Shown here one piece after another: positions 52,584-57,622 of a DNA stretch of 57,622 bases. The notes beneath the pieces were generated by a model that worked only from the letters and a program-made list of their open reading frames with translations, was not told the DNA's origin and did not search any database. The DNA is from a virus (taxonomy: Duplodnaviria; Caudoviricetes), in the IMG/VR virus record IMGVR_UViG_3300015360_000048, positions 1-57,622 of that record, one strand, 5' to 3'. Numbering within the stretch: position 1 is the stretch's first letter; each line of letters begins with the position of its first letter. The position numbers and the translations under genes are program-made.

Positions 52584-54506
52584 TTAGCCCCCAAATTTTC
52601 CAACGATTTCGGAGAACTCTACGCCAGTTCTTGTTGCTACGAAGTTCAATCTAATGAATTCTGCAACTCTCGCTGGCTTAATGTAAATATCACCAACCAA
52701 TTCGTTTCTATCAATAACTTCTGGTGTGTTGTTTGAATCGTCGCAAACAACTAGGAAGTCATAAATACCACGACGACCTTTGATGTCTCTTAGGTACGGT
52801 TCGACCATGTTACGGAACTGAGCTCTTGTAAATTCGTCGTTGAATTCGAATAGCAAGTATTTAGAAGCTCTGGAGATCGCTTTTTCAAGAACGATAAACA
52901 ATCTACGGACGTTAATACGATCGAATGCCGATGGCTTCGAAAGTAGTGTCTTCTGTCCGAAGAGAACCGTGCCGTCGCCGGGTGAGGTGAAGACTGGGTT
53001 TACGTTGTTCTTGTATAGATAATCTCTATCTGCCTGACTTGGGCTCCAAGCCAATTTGAAGATGTTCTTGATCTGGCCTCTGTTGAAACCAGCAGCAGCC
53101 CACCATGCATCTCTTTCTTCGTCAGTCTTTACGTGTATACCGCCGATGTCTCCGTTCATTGGAAGATAACGATATACGTCGTTGTAACGATCGTATTGAT
53201 ATTTCCAGTTGTTATCCAAAGCCGCATAAGAGGTGACAGGCAAGGTGTTTCTGAAGTTGACAACGTCAACTGCTTCATCACCTGCGTTGTTTACGCAATA
53301 TGCTTTTGGTGGAGAGAAGAATGCTACGCAATCCATTCTTGGTTCGCAGATGTTATTGATAATATGCGAGGCCACTGTTTGGTTTGCTGCGGCACCAATG
53401 ATAATAGAAACTTCAACGTCGTCCTTGTTACTGAACAAGTTGAACCCTCTAATTCTTTGTGCATTGCCGATAGCTGCGCCATCTTTACCACCTACCAACG
53501 AAGTGTTGATTGGTAAGGCATAAGCACCGAAGGCACTTACCTTAGTCGCTCCAATGTTTGTTACCAAACCTGAATGACCACTCCAATAAATGAACTTCGA
53601 TCTTTGTCTGATCTGTTCTTTGTAATAGTTCAGAGTACCGTCATCTAGCTTTGCGTCACTAGCTTTTGAAACTTTGTCGTAAACTTCTAGAATCGTGTTA
53701 CGCTGCCCTGTCCATTCACCATCTTCGTCAATTACAACGATGTGCATTTCATCATTTGTACCATTCGATACAGTTGCTGAATCTGAGGTTCCTGGAGCTA
53801 CACCAACTTCGTTATACCATTCCCAACGACGTGCTACTGAGGCCTGTGCTGATGCACCGACTACGTGTCTTGTCGTGGTTGTGGCTGAAGTGTTAGAAAC
53901 GATTGTTGAAACCTTTAGAGTTTCGTTTGCAATTACGATCAAATCGCCTACTGTCAACTGTGTGGTGAACAATGTAGAAACACCAGTAATCGTTGAACCG
54001 TTAGCTGAAACCGACATTGTGCCAGTCAAGGTAGACTGGAAGGCAGCAGCTGAAGGGCAAATCGAAACTCTTAGTGAGTTACCCATTGCTCCTGGATATT
54101 TAGCAATCCAACCACCTGTTCCGTATGTAGACTGGAGTGAACCGTCTGCGTACTGGGTGTCGTATTGATCTTCGTTCTTTACCAAGAAGCCGCTTGAGTT
54201 AGCAGCGGTTGCGTTCTTAGCTCTGAGCGATGTGTTTGCGTTTTCTTCATCAACAACACGAACAACCCATAGCTTGTCGCCGTATGCCAAGAAGTTAGCA
54301 GCGGTGAACCAATCTTCAGCATTGGTTGTGTTTGGCTTCCAAAATTGAGAAGCTAGTTCTGTTTCTGAGTCCGTCAACATTCTTTGATTGACAGGCCCCC
54401 ATTGGAACATGCCGGCAAAACCGCCTTCAGTCGTTGAGACGCCTGGTACGATATTCGTAAAATCAAACTCGCGGACTTTCACGCCGGGTGATAGCATTGT
54501 GGCCAT
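52584..54506 (-). CDS. gp18: Tail sheath protein (T4 gp18)
   Basis: LSPGV.VRE.D, FQWGP, FTAANFL.Y, WKYQYD.YND.YR..P.NGD, AGFNRG, LFGQKT, FDRINVRRLF, FEFND.FTR, IYIKPAR. Confidence 0.97.
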   Translation of the reverse strand: MATMLSPGVKVREFDFTNIVPGVSTTEGGFAGMFQWGPVNQRMLTDSETELASQFWKPNTTNAEDWFTAANFLAYGDKLWVVRVVDEENANTSLRAKNATAANSSGFLVKNEDQYDTQYADGSLQSTYGTGGWIAKYPGAMGNSLRVSICPSAAAFQSTLTGTMSVSANGSTITGVSTLFTTQLTVGDLIVIANETLKVSTIVSNTSATTTTRHVVGASAQASVARRWEWYNEVGVAPGTSDSATVSNGTNDEMHIVVIDEDGEWTGQRNTILEVYDKVSKASDAKLDDGTLNYYKEQIRQRSKFIYWSGHSGLVTNIGATKVSAFGAYALPINTSLVGGKDGAAIGNAQRIRGFNLFSNKDDVEVSIIIGAAANQTVASHIINNICEPRMDCVAFFSPPKAYCVNNAGDEAVDVVNFRNTLPVTSYAALDNNWKYQYDRYNDVYRYLPMNGDIGGIHVKTDEERDAWWAAAGFNRGQIKNIFKLAWSPSQADRDYLYKNNVNPVFTSPGDGTVLFGQKTLLSKPSAFDRINVRRLFIVLEKAISRASKYLLFEFNDEFTRAQFRNMVEPYLRDIKGRRGIYDFLVVCDDSNNTPEVIDRNELVGDIYIKPARVAEFIRLNFVATRTGVEFSEIVGKFGG

Positions 54507-54540
54507 TTTTAAGACTCCTTCTATGACTTAATCTTTCAAT

Positions 54541-54548
54541 TATTTATA
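54541..54548 (-). promoter_or_regulatory. T4-type late promoter (gp18)
   Basis: Exact TATAAATA. Confidence 0.8.
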
Positions 54549-54605
54549 AAAAAGGATGATTTAGAAGCTCGTCAGAATGGGCTTCAGATTTATAATAAAT
54601 AAACG

Positions 54606-54866
54606 ATGGAGGAAATTAAGAAACCACGCAATAAATCAGGAATGTTTGGCAAAAGACACTCTGCCGAGACTAGAAAGAAGCTATCTGAGAAGGCCAAATC
54701 ATATAAAAGCCCCAACCCAAACGGGCATTCAACCGGTACAAAGAAGAAAATCTCCCAATACAGGAAGAACTCGGTGTGGATTCATAAGGGAAATACAGAA
54801 AAAAGCGTCTTAAAATCAGAATTAATCTTCTGGGAAGATGCTGGTTGGTTGAAAGGAAGACGTTGA
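54606..54866 (+). CDS. NUMOD3-motif protein lacking a nuclease domain (homing-endonuclease remnant)
   Basis: MFGKRHSAETRKKLSE, HSTGTKKKISQ, WIHKG...GWLKGR. Confidence 0.65.
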   Translation: MEEIKKPRNKSGMFGKRHSAETRKKLSEKAKSYKSPNPNGHSTGTKKKISQYRKNSVWIHKGNTEKSVLKSELIFWEDAGWLKGRR

Positions 54867-54891
54867 CAAGTTCATAAAGTTCATTTATAGT
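54863..54891 (+). promoter_or_regulatory. sigma70-like promoter
   Basis: TTGACA-17 nt-TATAGT. Confidence 0.7.
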
Positions 54892-54899
54892 TTGGTTAT

Positions 54900-55271
54900 A
54901 TGTGGAGCATGAGCATGCTAAATTCTGAGATAGTCCAATTTAACGTTCAACGTAAAGCGGCCATCATCGCAAAATCCAAGTTCGTTGGAACGCCCAAGAT
55001 ACGGGAACAGTTCGTTGTTCGTTGTGATTCGAAGCGACCTTTCGACTCAAAGGCAATCAATCGTCATACAGGCCAATTCGAAAAAGGTGTCGTGGTAAAT
55101 TTTCAAGATCTCTCAGGCAACCTAATTGTTTGGTTTGCTAGTGCATCCACTGGCGAGCTTGAAGTCGGTAAGTATTATGTCGTTGAAGGCAGCGTCAAAG
55201 ATCATATGCCTTCAATAAAATGGGGCAATCAAACCTTAATTAATCGTGTCAAAGTGATACATGAATATTGA
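54900..55271 (+). CDS. Hypothetical protein, OB-fold-like
   Basis: FVG, F.D.SGN.IVWF.S, G.VK.H, QT.INRVK pattern. Confidence 0.55.
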   Translation: MWSMSMLNSEIVQFNVQRKAAIIAKSKFVGTPKIREQFVVRCDSKRPFDSKAINRHTGQFEKGVVVNFQDLSGNLIVWFASASTGELEVGKYYVVEGSVKDHMPSIKWGNQTLINRVKVIHEY

Positions 55272-55857
55272 AGATGTATATTCCATATCCCATTCTCAGT
55301 TGCGTATTCTTATGCAGATACTGACGAACGGGAAGCAGAAAGACTTCTTCCGGGATGTCTTCATAGCCAGTAATTTGCCAAGATGCGAATGGCTTCGCCA
55401 AGGCATGCTTGAACCAGACAAAGATTCCTGCCCAGAAGAAAACTTTATCTTCTGCACTCACAGTTTTCAGTATCGGCATTTTGAGGATCACATAAACTCG
55501 TGTCAGCAGATTGGCCGTATCGCAAGACCAGAAATTGTCAACCAGGATGAAAGGTCAGTGCTTTTGTTTCGCACTGACGAACTCAAGAAAGAAATAACTG
55601 GTTTCGCACATCAGGAAACAAAGCATGCCAAAGCAGCGTACGCAAAACGCATGGAAGAAGCCATCAAGTTCAAGCTCTTGGCAATGCCAGTGAACGATAT
55701 CAATGATATTAAATATCTTCTGCCAGATCGGCGTCTGTGGAACATATATCATTTCCATTCTGATATCTTCTTATATTCAGGACATTCAATCGCGGCCACT
55801 CAGGATTTTCAATGGGAGCGTGATTACTCAGCTTCAAGAAGGTGGGATTTCAAGTAA
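55261..55857 (+). CDS. Hypothetical protein
   Basis: 198-aa ORF overlapping the previous gene. Confidence 0.55.
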   Translation: MNIEDVYSISHSQLRILMQILTNGKQKDFFRDVFIASNLPRCEWLRQGMLEPDKDSCPEENFIFCTHSFQYRHFEDHINSCQQIGRIARPEIVNQDERSVLLFRTDELKKEITGFAHQETKHAKAAYAKRMEEAIKFKLLAMPVNDINDIKYLLPDRRLWNIYHFHSDIFLYSGHSIAATQDFQWERDYSASRRWDFK

Positions 55858-55888
55858 AGAAGACATTTACTTTCCTTCAAGAACCTGT

Positions 55889-55896
55889 TATAAATA
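55889..55896 (+). promoter_or_regulatory. T4-type late promoter in front of tmRNA
   Basis: Exact TATAAATA 5 nt before the predicted RNA start. Confidence 0.7.
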
Positions 55897-55900
55897 ATAT

Positions 55901-56130
55901 GCAGTTGACGTTTGTATAGGTTGAGATAGAAATTCAAGACTCGGGGGCAGTACCCGACGCCTCCACCATTTATGGGGGCGACATAGGATCGATTGGGTTT
56001 ATTAAGGCTTTCTAGAGTTTACTGCAAAAGACTAAATGGAGCACATAACGTGAACCATGAATTCGAGTACGCGCAAGCCGCGTAAGCGAACTTCGGGGAG
56101 GCCCTCTGCCTAGCAACAGAAGTGAGGGCA
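55901..56130 (+). ncRNA. ssrA: Permuted two-piece tmRNA (alphaproteobacterial type)
   Basis: Acceptor piece ...GACTCGGG-GGCAGTA-CCCGA-CGCCTCC-ACCA (ends 55968), TTTAT linker, coding piece GGGGGCG (G3-U70 Ala pair) ACATAGGATCGA; tag frame 56038-56085 GAHNVNHEFEYAQAA*; 3' GCCCTC..CCTAGCAACAGAA..GAGGGC stem. Confidence 0.9.
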
Positions 56131-56137
56131 CTAATTT

Positions 56138-56698
56138 TTGTTAATGGAGTCCAATTTGACCAGCGAAACCCACAAAGCATTTACCAGAACCCAGATCGAT
56201 AAGTTTAATGTGGCCGTTGAACAGGCGACCAAGATTTGTGAATCTGATGAAATCATTGACTGGTTGGCCCAGCATGGCGTACCAAAAGAGTTCTCTGAAG
56301 AACATCTGTGCCGTGCAGACAGCAATATCTTTTACATCTTCATCAATCCCCCAAATGAAAAGTTCGAACGGAAGAAGCCAATTTACTTCTTCAGAAACGA
56401 AAAGATCAATGAGTTTTTGATCTACGTCAAGAATTCGGTTCATACAAAGGATTTAGATCTTGAAAGCATGAAAGCTACCAGCACTGGTACGCTCACTTCT
56501 CACTTCTGCTTTGTAAACGGCATGGTGAAAGACATCTCTTCGGCGAATGTTTACTTCCAATTCGTGAACCAATTGTGCTTCTACTCGTTCAAGGAAAAGC
56601 AGTATTATTTCCCTGACGCTGTTATGTATGATGTGGTAAACCGTGAAAAGATCAAAAACCCATTGTTTGATCCGAAGACGGAAAAGATAGCTGCCTAA
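56138..56698 (+). CDS. Hypothetical protein ending in KIAA
   Basis: 186-aa ORF right after tmRNA. Confidence 0.55.
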   Translation: MLMESNLTSETHKAFTRTQIDKFNVAVEQATKICESDEIIDWLAQHGVPKEFSEEHLCRADSNIFYIFINPPNEKFERKKPIYFFRNEKINEFLIYVKNSVHTKDLDLESMKATSTGTLTSHFCFVNGMVKDISSANVYFQFVNQLCFYSFKEKQYYFPDAVMYDVVNREKIKNPLFDPKTEKIAA

Positions 56699-56733
56699 CC
56701 ATTTCAATTTATCTCCAGCCTTGGTATTATGAC

Positions 56734-57462
56734 GTGAAATTATCACACCAACAAGCGATAGAAGGTTTCGTACGCATCCTACGTTCGTTTGCTGAAACCC
56801 CTTTAATCAGTTCGAATTTCCCAGAAAGTATTGATAAGCTGCCAGTTGTTTTTTCTGGAGGCATAATCAATATCCTAGGGGATACGAATTTTGGTGATAT
56901 AGATATGTTCGTCTATAAGCCAGAAGTTTTCTCACCTTACGGTTCAGCGTGGGAAAACTTCAGGGCAAATCAAGGAAGCACTCTTACGATGAATAACACG
57001 CCGGTGGGCGATATGAATTCCCCTCTATTTGTTTCGAGAACGTTTAAGAGCCTGAATTTAGAAATCAGGCAAGAACATAGATCTGGAATGCTGCGCTGGC
57101 AAGAACAAGCGAAGCTAAATGTAATCATTCCAGATAGATATATCCATCCACTGGAAATCGTGGCCAATTTCGATTTTGCGAATATCCAATGGTATTATGA
57201 TGTTGGTAAAGACGAAATGCATATGCCAGATTATGTTTTCGAGGCTGTAATCAACAAACGCTTAGAAGTTGGGAATCATTACAGATTCAATCTTCCAGGT
57301 GAGGAACCACAAAGAATTAAGCGCATTCTAAAATATGAACGCCGTGGCTACAAACTTTCAGATGCTATATGCAATTATCTTGGAAAGAATCAAGGGATTG
57401 TGAATCTTGTCAGAGAAGATGAAAAAAGAGTAATGAGAAGAATGATAGAGCCAAAGCCATGA
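56734..57462 (+). CDS. Putative pol-beta-superfamily nucleotidyltransferase
   Basis: VFSGG..., GDIDMF, IVANFDF, RILKYERRGY. Confidence 0.55.
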   Translation: MKLSHQQAIEGFVRILRSFAETPLISSNFPESIDKLPVVFSGGIINILGDTNFGDIDMFVYKPEVFSPYGSAWENFRANQGSTLTMNNTPVGDMNSPLFVSRTFKSLNLEIRQEHRSGMLRWQEQAKLNVIIPDRYIHPLEIVANFDFANIQWYYDVGKDEMHMPDYVFEAVINKRLEVGNHYRFNLPGEEPQRIKRILKYERRGYKLSDAICNYLGKNQGIVNLVREDEKRVMRRMIEPKP

Positions 57463-57622
57463 ATAACTGGCAACCGATTGAAACAGCGCCGAAGGATGGC
57501 ACCGCGATTTTAGCTGTCGATGCGCTAACCCAAGACACTCACGCGGTGGTTTACTACGAGGAACTGCGTCCGGGGGAGATTTATGTCTGGCATGTGACAG
57601 ACACGACCATTGCGTATCATAG
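57459..57622 (+). CDS. Hypothetical protein (DUF551-like N-terminus), truncated by window edge
   Basis: MNNWQPIETAPKDGTAIL... Confidence 0.6.
   Translation, partial: MNNWQPIETAPKDGTAILAVDALTQDTHAVVYYEELRPGEIYVWHVTDTTIAYH

Noticed and set aside
156-54506. Stop-codon reassignment, introns or inteins in core genes
   Set aside because: Core genes translate full length in the standard code, TAA/TAG/TGA all end genes, and no large insertions are visible in RNR, gp41, gp43, gp20 or gp23.

Overview
57.6-kb segment of a large T4-like myovirus, probably infecting an alphaproteobacterium (permuted two-piece tmRNA, ROSE-like thermometer, alpha-type KdsB/CCA/CysRS). It holds the replication and recombination core (class II RNR, gp61, gp41, UvsX, gp43, RegA, gp62/44/45, gp46/47, gp55, UvsW, UvsY) and the head-tail core (gp3, gp23, gp22, gp21, gp20, gp19, gp18) with TATAAATA late promoters. 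The accessory set is rich in translation, NAD and counter-defence functions: Acb1-like 2H phosphoesterase, NadV plus NadM-Nudix, a 1361-aa protein with a PARP-type (H-Y-E) ADP-ribosyltransferase domain, PDF, CCA-adding enzyme, CysRS and tmRNA. The most striking element is at 20517-22703. A near-consensus sigma70 promoter precedes seven structurally repeated non-coding RNA units (variable closing stem, a TTCAGCAA-like motif, a GTTA-like tail) and then a TROVE/Ro60-like vWA (DUF2828-type) gene. Four units carry tRNA anticodon stem-loops with different anticodons (Ser-UGA, Leu-CAA, Asp-GUC, Ile-UAU) and one holds a whole circularly permuted tRNA. This suggests a Ro/Y-RNA-like system displaying anticodon mimics. 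All calls come from reading motifs by eye; no database searches or folding programs were run.
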